In this document: piece after piece, positions 1-13,233 of the stretch
Position numbering within the stretch: the first letter of the stretch is position 1
Layout: every line of letters starts with the position of its first letter
Notes under the pieces: generated by a model
Database searches by the model: none
What the model was told of the DNA's origin: nothing
What the model saw: only the letters and a program-made list of their open reading frames with translations
Translations under genes and position numbers: made by a program
Assembly (NCBI GenBank): GCA_951406725.2
Contig: OX597817.1
Span: 147,126,001 to 147,190,000 of the forward strand
Direction: 5' to 3'
Length of the DNA: 64,000 bases
From: Octopus vulgaris
Lineage: Eukaryota

Positions 1-170
1 AGGAAGTGTGAATAAAAAGGGAGCAAGAGGCTGTGAAAGAGGTTTTCGACCGATGCTGTCGGTGAATAATTCGGAAACAAGAGCCTGGCTGACTGCGTGC
101 CTGCAGCATAACAAAGAGAGAACTGGAGAGTCTTGACAAACGGTCTCCTGGACACAGGGAGGACATCTTG

Positions 171-566
171 TTACTCTTTAACTATTTGACTTGTTTAAGT
201 CATTTGACCGCGGCCATGCTGGAGCAACGCCTTCAGTCGAGGAAATCGACCCTAGGACTTATTCTTTGTAAGCCTAGTACTTATTCTATTGGTCTTTTTT
301 GCCGAATCGCTAAGTTACGGGGACGTAAACGCATCAGCATCGGTTGTCAAGCGATGTTGGGTGGGGGGACAAACACAGAACACAAACACACACACGCATA
401 TATATACATATACATATACACGACGGGCTTCTTTCAGTTTCCGTCTACCAAATCCACTTACAAGGCTTTGGTCGGCCCGAGTCTATAGTAGAAGACACTT
501 ACCCAAGGGACTGAACCCGGAACCAAGTGGTTGGTAAGCAGGCTACTTACCACACAGCCACTCCTG
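171..566 (-). mobile_element. tRNA-derived SINE, family A (CORE-like), near full length
   Basis: Minus strand has an A-box-like TGGCTGTGTGG, B-box-like GGTTCAGTCCC, CTTGGGTAAGTGTCTT core, internal (TA/TG)n and an AAACAAGT/AAAGAGT tail. More than 10 homologous copies in the window. Confidence 0.9.
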
Positions 567-1213
567 TTTGATAGCTAATAATTAATCCTTTACTTGAAAA
601 TTCTTCATGCATCTAGGACGGTGCATCAACGGCACATTCTGAACTGCATTCTATAAGATATATCCTGCTTGAATGGTCAGCCGTCTCTCCCGCCTTACCC
701 CCTCTCTCTCTGACACATTTTAACCGTTGTATTCATTCTCTTTTTCATCGATCAATGAAACAGAGAATTGTTTTTCGTCCTATTGATTTAAAATCTTGCA
801 GTACAATCTTGTGACCTTCTGATTTGCTGAAAATAGTAATTAAATAGCCCACAAACCACACTCTAACACCTTAAATAAAGAAGGATGCATAGGATAATAT
901 AATAATTGATATACAAGTAGACGGCTGGGTCATACGTGGAAAATGTCCGATCATATATAGGCTTGATCAGAGCAGGCCTGGGGCTAAACAACATCAACGA
1001 TCTACCACCAACACTGCTACCGCAACGTCGACAACAACCACCACCACCACAACTTCGGTGCAAATGTCTTTTTTAATATGGTGCCGTTTTTACAATCCTG
1101 TAAATAATGATAATGGTATTTTTATATACGCTTAAAATTTTACGGCGATCAGCGTGCAATGACTAAGGAAAATATAAGCCCACGACAAAAAAAAAAGCTT
1201 TCCTAACCGCATG

Positions 1214-1271
<58 letters not shown>

Positions 1272-1274
<3 letters not shown>

Positions 1275-1853
1275 GAGGGTGAGTCAAAATGTAATGCCAT
1301 TTTGTTTAGGTCAGGTATAATTACCAACACAGGAACATGTATCATACATCAAAATGATGCTGGTCCTCTGTGGATCACATCCCTACTTCTCAACATAGTC
1401 ACCGTATCTCTCTCAATAGCAAAATAGCAATGTTCTACCTCCAAATGAGAGCATGTATCCCTGCCCTGTAAAATTATGTTGATTGTTCTTTAAGCCACTT
1501 CTTCACTACAGTTTTCACTTCCTCGTCACTGGAATGATTTAGTGCATTCAGACAATCATCTCTTCGGCCCCAAGAAAGAAAGTATGAGAGGCAAACATTA
1601 TTCCAGTGACGAGGAAGTGAAAACTGTAGTGAAGAAGTGACTCAAAGAACAGTCAACAGAATTTTACGGGGCAGGGGATACATGCTCTCATTTGGAGGTA
1701 GAACATTGCTATTGAGAGAAATGGTAACTACGCCGAGAAGTAGGGATGTGATCCACAGAGGACTAGCTTTCTTTTGATGTATGATACATGTCCCTGTGTT
1801 GGTAATTATACCAGTCCTAAACAAAATTGCATTACTTTTTGACTCACACTCGA

Positions 1854-1854
<1 letters not shown>
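1272..1854. mobile_element. Mariner-derived palindromic MITE built from two inverted transposase 3' ends
   Basis: TA-flanked ends TTCGAGGGTGAGTCAAAA / TTTTGACTCACACTCGAA. About 260-bp arms are inverted copies. The + strand near 1557-1743 gives HLFGPKK..RGKHYSSDEEVKTVVKK*LKEQSTEFY..., the mariner C-terminus. Confidence 0.88.
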
Positions 1855-1902
<48 letters not shown>

Positions 1903-2030
1903 TATACATATATACATATACATGCGGATAGGAAAGCCTTCTTTTTCTGTCGTGGGCTTATATGCCCCTTTATTAGAATATTTTCTCACCCTTGTATATA
2001 TACATATATATTTGATATACTTATATATTA

Positions 2031-2098
<68 letters not shown>

Positions 2099-2224
2099 GT
2101 ATGTATTTGTGTGTGTGTGCATGCCTATGTATGAACGTATGTATTTACTCGCTCACACATGTATAAACACTCACAGTCATGATATGATCTTTTTAAGACA
2201 AGCACTTCATTTATATATATATAT

Positions 2225-2417
2225 GATAGATCGTTAGCCACTACACACATTTTCTTCTTTCCTCGTTTCTCTCCTTATTTTTTCTGTGTCCCTTTCCGTA
2301 GAAGAGCGTAGGCTCGAAACGTAAAAAGACTTTTTCTATTCCTGATCGTTATACTAATACATCTGTTTGTTTTGTACACCACCTGTCTTCGTCTTTTGTT
2401 TTTTTTTCGTAAACGCT

Positions 2418-2420
<3 letters not shown>
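2225..2420 (+). mobile_element. Penelope-like terminal module in a (TA)n tract, with minimal hammerhead-like motif
   Basis: Homologous to 19530-19730 and 20995-21190 (minus strand). Contains CTTT-CCGTAGA-A-GAGC-GTAG-GCTC-GAAA-CGT-A-AAAAG and is flanked by (TA)n. Confidence 0.55.
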
Positions 2421-2460
<40 letters not shown>

Positions 2461-2467
<7 letters not shown>

Positions 2468-2657
2468 TTTATAAAAATAGGGTAAAGTAAAATAATTTAC
2501 TTTACCACACACCGAGCTTTTTAGAAATAGCAGCCAAAAATTTGGCTATTTCTTCAACTGCAAGAAATAGCCAAATTTTTGGCTGCTATTTCTAAAAAAC
2601 CCTCTGTGTGTGGTAAAGTAAATTATTTTACTTTACCCTATTTTTATAAATTAATAT
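2461..2657. repeat. Long near-perfect palindrome (about 95-bp arms, 7-nt spacer) within (TA)n
   Basis: ATATTAATTTATAAAAATAGGGTAAAG...GCTATTTCTT-caactgc-AAGAAATAGC...CTTTACCCTATTTTTATAAATTAATAT. Confidence 0.92.
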
Positions 2658-2852
2658 TTCAAATATACCGTAAATGGTCTTTTTACATACCGAACACTGC
2701 TCGGTCGAATTGATTAATAACTAATTAATTCTACCCTTTTTTATTGACAATATATATATATATATATATATATATACTCTCAGAACGTTAAGACGGATGA
2801 AATGCCGCTAAGCATTCTGCCCAAAGTGCTAACGATTGCCAGCTTGCCACCT

Positions 2853-2887
<35 letters not shown>

Positions 2888-2969
2888 GAAAACAACCACC
2901 ACCACCACCACCACCAGTAATAATAATAATAATAATAATAATAATGATGATGATGAGGATGATGATAAT

Positions 2970-3420
2970 AAAAGCAAAAATAAATCTAAAATACAGGCGA
3001 ATCCTCTTGAGGAGACTTCGGATATTGCCAAAGACTTGAGCAATCCAGCTCCAGCATGGATAAAACTAGAAAAGAAGATTAAAACTATTGAAGCTGTATT
3101 AATAAGCTCCTGTGATGAAAAAGCAAGATCAAAGAAAGAAGACTCAGTGGTTAAGCGGATAAAGGGAAATCCACAGGGGTTTTTTTTCCGACTATACACC
3201 CGAGACTATAGTATTGAAATAAATAAAATTTTAAAAAAACCCCAAAAAATCAGTCAGTTTGCTTCAATGCCAAAATGGCTCATAGACGGACTCTTTTTCT
3301 TGGAATTTCGTCTGCTGAAAGAACAACATGAAATCGTTCTCGATTATAGACAAGAGCAAAATATGGATCACTCTCATATATTCTACCGCGCCACAATGTG
3401 TTGTGGCCAACTAATCGTTA
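2970..3420 (+). pseudogene. Decayed LINE (CR1/L2-like) ORF2 linker fragment
   Basis: ORF 3036-3440 reads EKKIKTIEAVL...EDSVVKRIKGNPQGFF, resembling the 'KIK.NPK.F..Y' linker between endonuclease and RT. Recalled motif only. Confidence 0.4.
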
Positions 3421-3426
3421 TAAAAC

Positions 3427-4140
3427 TGGCTGTGTGGTAAGAAGCTTGCTTCCCAACCACGTGGCTCCGGGTTCAGTTCCATTGCGATGCACCTTGGGTA
3501 AGTGTCTTCTACTACAGCTTCGGGTCGATGAAAGCCTTGTGAGTGGTTTCGATAGATGGAAATTGATAGAAAACCGTCGTGTATTTATAGATAGGCGCAG
3601 GAGTGGCTGTGTGGTAAGTAGCTTGCTTACCAACCACATGGTTCCGGGTTCAGTCCCATTGCGTGGCAGCTTTGGCAAGTGTCTTGAAAGAACCCTGTCG
3701 TATATATGTATATGTATATATATGTGTGTGTGTGTGTGTTTGCGCGTCTGTATTTGTCCCCCCAACATAGCTTGACAACCGATGCTGTTATGTTTACGTC
3801 CTCGTAACTTAGCGATTCGGCATAAGGAAGCCGATAGAATAAGTACTAGGGTCGATTTGCTCGACTAAAGGCGGTGCTCCAGAATGGCCGCAGTCAAATT
3901 GACTGAAATAAGTAAAAGAGTAAAAGAGTAAAGAGTATATATGTATAGATATCTATGTTTGTGTGTCTTTGTGTCCGTGTTTGTCCCCCCACACCATCGC
4001 TTTTTATGTCTCTCCATATCTAGCGGTTCGGCAAAAGAACCGATAGAATAGGCTTACAAAGAATGTCCTGGGGTCGTTTCCTTCGACTAAAGGTGGTGTA
4101 CCAGCATGGCCGCAGTCAAATGAAACGTGTAAAAGAATAA
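3427..4140 (+). mobile_element. Cluster of three partial family A SINEs (head, internally deleted copy, 3' half)
   Basis: Head motif TGGCTGTGTGGTAAG at 3427 and about 3604; two tails CGCAGTCAAA..GAAA at about 3890 and 4110. Confidence 0.85.
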
Positions 4141-4189
4141 TAATAACGATAAGCGAATGCTAATTCTCTTATTATTTCATTCTTTTATA

Positions 4190-4570
4190 TCTTTTATCTT
4201 TTACTTGTTTCACTGACTGCAATACGACCATGCTGGGGCACCGCCTTGAATGATTTTAGTCGGACGAATAAACAGCAGTATTTATTTATTATATCTGGTA
4301 CTTATTCTACTGACCTTCTCCAGAATCTCTAAGTACGGGGACGCAAACAAACCAACACCCCATGTCATGTAGTGGTGGATTGCGACCGAGTTTCACACAC
4401 ATAAACATAAATATGACGAGTTTCACTCACTTTCCGTCTATTAAATTTACTCACAAGGTATTGGACGGTCCTGAGATATGGTGGAGGACAATTGTCCCGC
4501 AGTGTTACACGGTGTGACGGAACCGGAAGCCAGGTGGTTGCTAAGGAAGCTTCTTAATCCCTCAACCATT
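4190..4570 (-). mobile_element. Older, diverged family A-related SINE
   Basis: Degenerate matches: CCATGCTGGGGCACCGCC, TTTCCGTCTATTAAATTTACTCACAAGG, AACCGGAAGCCAGGTGGTTG. Confidence 0.7.
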
Positions 4571-4814
4571 CCAAGATTTATCAACTAGAGATGTCTCGGC
4601 GGTGGCTGATGTCCTTTAACAAAAACATCGGGGCCGTGGGTGTATTTGCACAAACATACAAAGAAAAAAACCTACTACATTTGCATCGGAAAATGGTGCT
4701 GTCCCGTTTGACTCTTGTAGTCATCATGGGTGAAACAAATAAAGAAAATAACTATGCATTGATCGTTACAAGCATTAATATATTTACATCTTAAACTATA
4801 TACATATATATGGC

Positions 4815-4930
4815 GCTTACCAAACACATGGTTCCGGGTTCAAGTGGCACCTTGGGCAAGTGTCTTCTACTATAGCCTCGAGCCGACCAAAGTCTTGTGA
4901 GTGGACTTGGTGAAACTAAAAGAAGCCCGT
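4815..4930 (+). mobile_element. Family A SINE fragment
   Basis: CACATGGTTCCGGGTTCA..CACCTTGGGCAAGTGTCTTCTACTATAGCCTCG. Confidence 0.8.
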
Positions 4931-5182
4931 GCAATGGAAGTGGGATGGTTCATATTTGTTCGCTTAATATTTGGGTTTATCTTTTGATTTGGTTCAATCT
5001 TGATTTTTTTTGTTGGTCAGTTATTTTTGTTGGTCAGTTATTTTTAGCGTTTTCACAGAAAAAAGTCATTCTAAAATTGTTTTTTAACGTGAGCGTGCCC
5101 AAACAAGTCGAATGCTTACACAGAGCAGGTTTTACAGCCACATCATCCAAACCAACCGGGTGAAACCGGGCTTAGCTGCTAG
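4931..5182 (+). mobile_element. Helitron 3' end fragment
   Basis: Imperfect subterminal hairpin CCGGGTGAAACCGG followed by CTGCTAG|T, as in the Helitron end at 37282. The 5' boundary is uncertain. Confidence 0.6.
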
Positions 5183-5729
5183 TATATAAGATATATAGTA
5201 TATAAGGAAATTCCATATAAACTATCCATATAAAAGGTTAAGACTAGATGGAAATGGGTCTTTCATTATATAATCTATATTATAAAATTGATGTTGGCAA
5301 AACAATAAAAACATTCAGATTATTTAGAGAAATTTCAATTATTGTAGAAGGAGATGAAACAATAAAAAATTAAACAAGCACATTGGAATGCAGAAAAATC
5401 AAATCTGAAGAAACCAATTTCATATCACTAAACTATAAGACAATGTCTTTATGATTTTAGTTCTTACAGACTTTTGGAAGCAAATCCAGACAAAGAATAT
5501 GAGCATCATGAAGACAACTACTTAAAAACACCAATGAGGAAGTCGCTAAACTCTTACATAGCTTGCTAGCAATGGCTGCCATCTAGAAGTTTTCGGACAT
5601 ATACTCTGCAATGTTTTTGTAAGAAAGAAACAAGATGACGAAGTCGTTATTGGGGAGCCACTAATCATAGATCTGCTCAGTTAGCGCTGACTTAAGGCGA
5701 AACAATAAAAGAAAAAGAAGACAGAAACT

Positions 5730-6060
5730 GATAAAAATGGAAGGTATTAGGGAGACCAAAATGTATGAAAAAAGAAAAACCGTTCGGTAACTCATGCATA
5801 AACAGATCGATATTGATATCTGGGATCACAAAATAAAAAGCGATTTCTCCTGCGGAAGTAAGCTTCTTTGGATGATGTCAATAATACAAGAATCCATGGA
5901 TATCTACGATTTATTGATGATAAGAAGGATGTAACGACATCATCCATTTGGAAACTGGGGTTTATTATAATGATTATTGGAAAAACAAGCCTCCTTTCGA
6001 GAAAAGCATGGCTGCATGATTGAATTTGAATTCTGGAAGGGAAAATAGTGTTTTGAAATT
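5730..6060 (+). pseudogene. Highly decayed LINE reverse-transcriptase remnant
   Basis: At about 5980, GAAAAACAAGCCTCCTTTCGAGAAAAGCATGGCTGC = EKQASFREKHGC, resembling the RT 'EQAGFR..RSC' motif. Many stops. Confidence 0.3.
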
Positions 6061-6174
6061 ATTGATTAAGGAGGACGCGAAAAATGTTCAAACTTTTCCC
6101 CAAGTTTTTAAAATGAAACTCGTTGAAATGACACGGCTTATAAAACTCTGCTCCCTTTATCAAATATATAGATT

Positions 6175-6828
6175 TTTTACTCTAGGCATAAGGACCGAAA
6201 TTTTGAGGGAGGGGGCAGTCGATTAAATCGACACCAGTACGCAACTAGTACTTAATTTATCAAAGATGAAAGGCAAAGTCGACCACGGCAGAATTTTAAC
6301 TCAGAACGTAAAGAAAAGCGAAATACCTTTTTCTTTACTACCCACAAGGGGCTAAACACAGAGAGCACAAACAAGGACAGACAAACGAATTAAGTCGATT
6401 ATATCGACCCCAGTGCGTAACTGGTCCTTAATTTATCGACCCCGAAAGGATGAAAGGCAAAGTTAACCTCGGCGGAATTTGAACTCAGAACGTAACGGCA
6501 GACGGAATACGGCTACGCATTTCGCCCGGCATGCTAACGTTTCTGCTAGCTCGCCGCATTCATATATATAGTTGCATGTCTAGACAAGCGAAATACCTAT
6601 TTCTTTACTACCCACAAAGCGCTAAACACAGAGAGGACAAACAATGACAGACAAACGGATTAAGTCGATTATATCGATACCAGTACGTAACTGGGACTTA
6701 TTTAATCGACCCCGAAATTATGAAAGGCAAAGTCGACCTCGGCGGAATTTGAACTCAGAACGTAACGGCAGACGAAATACCACTAAGCATTTCGCCCGAC
6801 GTGCTAACGATTCTACCATCTCGCCGCT
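6175..6828 (-). mobile_element. Family B SINE cluster (two young copies plus an older-tail unit)
   Basis: Heads GCGGCGAG(C/A)T(A/G)G(C/T)AGAA at about 6557 and 6826; B-box GAGTTCAAATTCC; tails GTAGTAAAGAAA(T/A)AGG joined to TATTTCG. Confidence 0.9.
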
Positions 6829-6845
6829 TTTTAATCAAATGTATA

Positions 6846-7115
6846 TTGGGTTGGTGCATAATTATTGCGGCTTTTTTTCAACAAATTTTATTCAACAAAA
6901 AAAACTATAGCAATATTTAACTAAAACATCTTTAAATGACTGTGTGATGGGAAGCAGTAATTGAAGTAGATGGTGAATATGCTCGGTAATAATCGTTGAA
7001 ATATTCTCGGGAATAATCGTTTAAATATGCTCGGGAATAATCGTTTTGTTACATGTTGTTTTTGTTGAATAAAATTTGTTGAAAAAAAAGCCGCAATAAT
7101 TATGCACCAACTCAA
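6846..7115. mobile_element. Mariner MITE (Hsmar1/MADE1-like TIRs)
   Basis: TA|TTGGGTTGGTGCATAATTATTGCGGC ... GCCGCAATAATTATGCACCAACTCAA|TA, with about 55-bp inverted arms. Internal 3x about 23-bp repeat AATAT(G/T)CTCGG(G/T)AATAATCGTT. Confidence 0.9.
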
Positions 7116-7239
7116 TAGTTCCATGTTCTTATAAACCTCAGTTTCAGCCTTAAGCATTTTCTCTCTACAATAAAAATAGACACACACACACGCGCGCGCG
7201 CGGACACACACATGCACGTACACATACATACATACTCCT

Positions 7240-7984
7240 GTAAAACTTTCCAGAAGTTAATCATTTAAGTGTATTTGAGCGTGTCTAGACATGCAACTAT
7301 ATGCATGAGAATACATACATAAAGCAAAACATACAAATCTGCACATATACATGCATACATACATATATACATGTATACATACATATATACATACATATAT
7401 ACATATATACATACATACTTATAAACATACATACATACAAAAATACCCTGTAGATGTTGGAATTCCAATGAAGGAACCTTGGATTTGTGTTTGAAACTAG
7501 CTCTTTCTCTATTGGCAAGGAATCTTGAAATAAAACTGAACGACAGAAACAAACAAGGATTACATGTGCAACTATTTTTTTGCCAGTTGTGTGGACTGGA
7601 GTAGCGTAAAATAAAATGTCTTACTCAAGAACAAAATGCGCCGCTGGAAATCGAACTCACGGCCTTACGATCACGAGGCAAATACACTAAGCTCTAAACC
7701 ACGCACCAGGTTCATGATTGTAATTATTGGGGTACTGGGATATGTAACACACTGCGTAAATACCAGTATTGAGAAATTTGGCTTTTCAAAACCAGAAAGG
7801 AGAAAGCTGATTGGAAGACTACAGATCCAATCCATCAGTGGAACTGTAAAAATCTGTAAAACTTTTCAGAAGTTTATCATTTAAGTATATATGGGCATGT
7901 CTAGATATGCAACTATATGCGTGAGAATATATACATAAGACAAAGCATACAAATCTTCACATATACATATATACACACAGACGC

Positions 7985-8039
<55 letters not shown>

Positions 8040-8160
8040 AAATACCCTGTTGATGTTGAAATTCCAATGAAGGATCTTTGGATCTAGATTAGAAACCGGC
8101 TCTTTCTCTATTATCAGAAAATCTTGAAATAAAACTGAATAAGGACATACAAACATACAT
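7240..8160 (+). repeat. Diverged local direct duplication (7240-7545 vs 7855-8145)
   Basis: Both copies share GTAAAACTTT.CAGAAGTT.ATCATTTAAGT...GTCTAGA.ATGCAACTATATGC...AAATACCCTGT.GATGTTG.AATTCCAATGAAGG...TCTTGAAATAAAACTGAA. Confidence 0.85.
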
Positions 8161-8514
8161 TGGATTCAGCATACTCTGAAAATGTATCAAAGATTTCAAA
8201 TGATTCCTTGAGTTTCTGGGAATAAGGATACAAACACAGTCGCATGTCTACATACAGCATACACATACACACGCACGCACGCGCGCTTGCTCGCACAGAG
8301 ACACACACACTCATATCTACAGTTATAGAGACCATATCTCTTTTGCAAGATGTAGTCTTGCGTTTTCAAATCTGTTGGCTTTCTTCCACAGACATAAATT
8401 CACTTTAAATCTTTTATTGAGCAATTCGCTTCGCTTTTGGATGGATTTAGAGGTGTTTGGTAGAACACGTGACTTTTTACACACACCCACACACACACAT
8501 GCACACACACACAT

Positions 8515-8575
<61 letters not shown>

Positions 8576-9202
8576 AACACGACAAAACACATGTATCACA
8601 CACAACCGTCAACTCAGTGTTAAAAATATATTTAAAAAACACTGTTATGAATATTTTTCTCATTAACAGTTCGAAAATGCAAACATGAAAGTTGTAAACA
8701 TCATGAATTAAATTGCTAGACTGGCCATAAAAGTACAACTCTCTTTTACGATTGACCATAGATTTAAAACAAGGTGACATCACAAACACATTACAATACA
8801 CTGCATCAAATAAAACTAGGATTGCTGACAACACCACAATCCTGTATATATTTCAAGGAAAAATGCGAACATTATCTAAAGAAGCTTTGTGAATATACTT
8901 ATTTATTTATTTATTTATTTTTCAATAGAAATGTAAAAACCAAGTATCGACACATAGATACAATATATAAAGAAATGAACTTCAAAAGTACTGCACCTAA
9001 ATGTAGACTAATTTTTTGAAATCTGGCATTAGAATAGAAAACAAAAAGCACAAACCCCCATGATGCTTTGCGATCTATGACAAAGTGCACAAAAGTACGC
9101 CATTTAATCAGCAATTCATGTTGAGTTATTTATTCATAAACGTTGATGGATTAATGGATTTAAAGACACATATGTTCTAAACTAAACGTAACGAATATAA
9201 AC

Positions 9203-9625
9203 ATTATTATTTCTAAATCTCTCAAAGAGAGATATTCAGAAACAGTTCTTTAAAGTAAAAACTATTTGCCAACATAATGTGGCAGTCCTGGATGGGACAA
9301 ATGTTACTGTTGTTTAGCTTCAGGAAACGTCGTTTCCAGCTGGCTATACGACACGATATCTGTGTCATTATATTTTCAAACAGGGGCGCTCAGCAGCCCC
9401 CTTTAGCACAAAACAACATCTGTGGACCAGTTTCTGGTTTATTGCTCTTTCTCAGACGGCGCTGCTGAATTCCCATTCGAAAATATATGATTTTCAAAGT
9501 GACGCACAGTTACCGATCTAATAAATAGAAAGATTATATCTAAATCTCTAAAAGAGAAATATTCAGTAACAGTTCTTTAAAGTAAAGAGTATTTGCCAAC
9601 ATAATGTGGCAGTCCTGAGTGGGAC
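9203..9625. repeat. Dispersed repeat (full copy 9203-9370, partial copy 9533-9625), homologous to 58549-58712
   Basis: Shared ATTTCTAAATCTCTC..AGAGA.ATATTCAG.AACAGTTCTTTAAAGTAAA..CTATTTGCCAACATA.TGTGGC. Confidence 0.85.
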
Positions 9626-11152
9626 GCACCCAAGACTGGCACATTATGTTGGCAAAATCTCTTTTCTGTAAACGTAACGAGTTATTATGAAAATATGAAA
9701 AAGTCTTTGGAATAAGATAAAATTTGAACGTAGTCTTTTGTTTAATATAATAAATTTGGAAAACAAACGTTTTCTACACATCTACATACACACATACACG
9801 CACATACATATACACACATACATACACACACAATCATATACATTACGTACAATTGCATTGTAGGCATTCTCTTTGTCAGGTGGTAATTATGGATCACATT
9901 GTCAGTGAAATTCTATATGTCAAGAGGGATATATATTATCACGTATCAGTTTATATGTCTCAGAGCATTTCAATAAAAATATCATTGTCTGCACTTCCTG
10001 ATATCACATTTTCTAAAAGCATCGCACCCTCTGACGGGGCCAAAAATATTAATGCTACCAAAAACTATTCATAATTTAACAGGATTTCAAGTTCTGTAGC
10101 ACACTTTTTCTTCGTCGTCCATTCCGCCACTAAACAAAACTAAAGGCAACTGCAACCACACCAACCATGCAGCAGTTACTTTGTTTCACTAATCCCCAAA
10201 GATATAATTGTTTGCCATATGAATGTTGAAGTATTTTGTCTTTCCCCGTCGGCCCTAAAATCATTGCTCTGCTATTATTTCAAAATCCAATGCCTTCTTG
10301 GTAGGACATAGAAGACTTAGCTACGAACTAATGATATCTCAACTCTATTGCAACTACTGTCCATTTCCATCATTGTGTCTCATTATTCCCGAGTCATTTT
10401 TACCTTCGGCTTTTGCTTTCATGCGTTGCCAACTCTCAACCAACTACATAATCAGAACTTTCTTTACACCTTAGATCTTACTAGAGGATCGTGACACTGT
10501 TCTATCATTTCTTAGAAACACGAGAATATCCTTTAAATAAATTCGTACCATCTGCTCATAAGTACCAAGCAGAAATTTGAGTACTGGGTCCCTTTGGTTA
10601 TGCACATGTGATGTTTTATGTCAGCCTTTATTGAAAACAGCAGGTGGGGACTCTGATTGCATTCTCACTACCGCGTTAATGTTTTAGTGCATCGCTAAAT
10701 AACTCAAGACTGGATTATATATTCAGATACATTCTGCAAGAGCTCACTCATATGCTATAAGAACAAGCTTCAGTGATGTATAAATTGAGGAAGGCTGGCA
10801 TTCAGCTGCGTCATTTCACATTGTCTCTCACGCTGCCCATACACTTTGCTGCACCGAACCTTGTACTTTATACGCTGATTCTCCTCTTCAATATGATGAA
10901 ATTCTTTGGTTACATCATTTCGTCTGTTTATACATACATACAAATAGACAAAGAGACAGACAGACACATACACATATGCACGTGGGTGTGTATGTGCATT
11001 TATGTTTATGATCTGAATACTGGGAAAAACTACCACTACACAAAACCCAACGAGGTATCTTTATACAAAAGCGTAAAACATTTACCACTAGTAATCAAAA
11101 TTCTAGACACAATATAAACACACATGTACAGACACCCATATGGATATGCATT

Positions 11153-11214
<62 letters not shown>

Positions 11215-11279
11215 TGCACATATGTAATGTAAATGCTTATTTCTGTATACTATGTAAGTTGAAGTATCTATCTCTATTT

Positions 11280-11370
<91 letters not shown>

Positions 11371-11531
11371 TGCACATATACATATATATACGTACACATA
11401 TACATCTATGTATATAAATATACGTGTGTATATATATATATATATACATACAACATACATATATATATGCATGTGTGTGTATATGAACACGTAAATCAGT
11501 GTATATGTAAATATACATGCATACATATATG

Positions 11532-11584
<53 letters not shown>

Positions 11585-12479
11585 ATATACATATATACAT
11601 GCACATATACATGTATAAGACTAAGTGAACTAAGTTTTACTATCTCTAAGAATGAACGAACTCAATACATTTGTTGGGCAATGTATTGGACTATCTAAGT
11701 GTATGTATATCATAGCTACTCACGCATCCAGACATATATGCATATGACGGTACATATAGGCTTACATATTCTGTCTTTCAGAGAAACCTATACATACATC
11801 GTTGTATAATCGAACCTATATACGACTATACGAATATACACACAGTCACGGATACGTATCTATTACAAAGTGTACAGGAAATGATATCAGGTGGTGCAGA
11901 CAATGATAGTTTTATTGAAATGGTTTGAGACATATAAACTGATACATGATAATGTATATCCCTCTCGACATATAGAATTTCGCTCGCAAACAATTTCTTT
12001 TCAATTAGCAAGTTACCCTATTTAGCCAGACGATAATTTAATAGTTAATGTGTTAATTCTATTCAAATTTACTTTTGTTCTATCAAATGTATATAGAACC
12101 GAGTCCAACAACAATAACAACAAACACACACCGATGCACACACCATATTCTTCTCAGTCTAGTCTATGCGATATAGGCATCACCTTTACGTATCAAGTAA
12201 AATTTCTCTGCTGGAGGATTATCGCACGAGATGAAACGGCTGGTCATGGACGGGATTTTGAACATAAAATACCTAATATATATATAAAACAAAATAGAAT
12301 GAAAAACACTACAGAAGATTTGTATTATATGGTTCAAAATACATTAAAATCGTCATATGAGGAAAATGATATAAAATTTTGTGTATAGTGACATTGATTT
12401 GGGAGAAATAACAGGTTTCGCATTTTCTTTTCAAATTTTTCAAATTTCTTTAGCGATGTTGTGTCATCTATTCGTTATG

Positions 12480-13125
12480 GTGTTAGGTAGAAGAGTTCGA
12501 AACAGAGGGAGGTAATATATATATGCCTATATATATAATATATATGCATATATATGATATATGTATAATATATATGCATATATATGGTATACTATACATG
12601 CATATATACACACAGATATGTACATGCCTACATATGTATGCATATATGGGTACAGAACATCCAAAAAACGTGAACAAAATGAGAAACGAGAACATAAAAA
12701 AACAAAAGCATGGAAAACGAACTTTTTCGAACAACGAAAGAAACAAATAGAGAAGTGGGACAGGCAACATAAAGAAAATTCCTTTCATCAGTTGTTCCCT
12801 TGTTTTATCTACTCCGTGTTCGAAGGTAGGGACAAGACGCGACTTGGTGAGGGCCGTTAAGTTATAACGAGGTGAAGTAGTGAACGCTGGAAAAACGAGA
12901 TTTGAGAAGAGACAGGCAAAAGCACGTCTTGACTTTAAGAAGGAAGTGGAAGAAAGAAAGATAGATAGCCGTTGGTCACGTGTGAGCAAGGAGAGAGTCA
13001 AGGAGGAAGAGTGAGAGAGAGAGGGAACGGTGAAGGGGAGGGAGATAGAATAGAGACAGGTGATAGAGTGCGCGGCAGAATTATTAAGATAAAACGTACA
13101 TGGAAATGGATGCGTGGCGTTCTAA
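12480..13125 (-). mobile_element. (TA)n-associated Penelope-like module (family D)
   Basis: Shares CAACATAAAGAA..CC.TTCATCAGTTG...CTACTCCGT.TTCGA with 35540-35830, 41975-42300 and 56449-57770. Confidence 0.5.
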
Positions 13126-13233
13126 CATATAATAGTATAAATAATATATATATATATATATATTATTTATATTATTATATGATCGAACGCCGCGCATCCA
13201 TTTCCAAGCAAGTTTTACACACACACACACACG

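Noticed and set aside
168-537. Recurrent ORFs such as [29 protein letters not shown]
   Set aside because: Antisense translations of family A SINE copies, not a gene family.
7444-7465. TACCCTGTAGAT matches the first 12 nt of miR-10
   Set aside because: The 3' half diverges, there is no precursor hairpin, and it lies in a duplicated repeat whose other copy reads TACCCTGTTGAT.
10130-10880. Possible very old RTE remnant (minus strand VRCSKVYGQRE)
   Set aside because: Only a weak single-motif resemblance.
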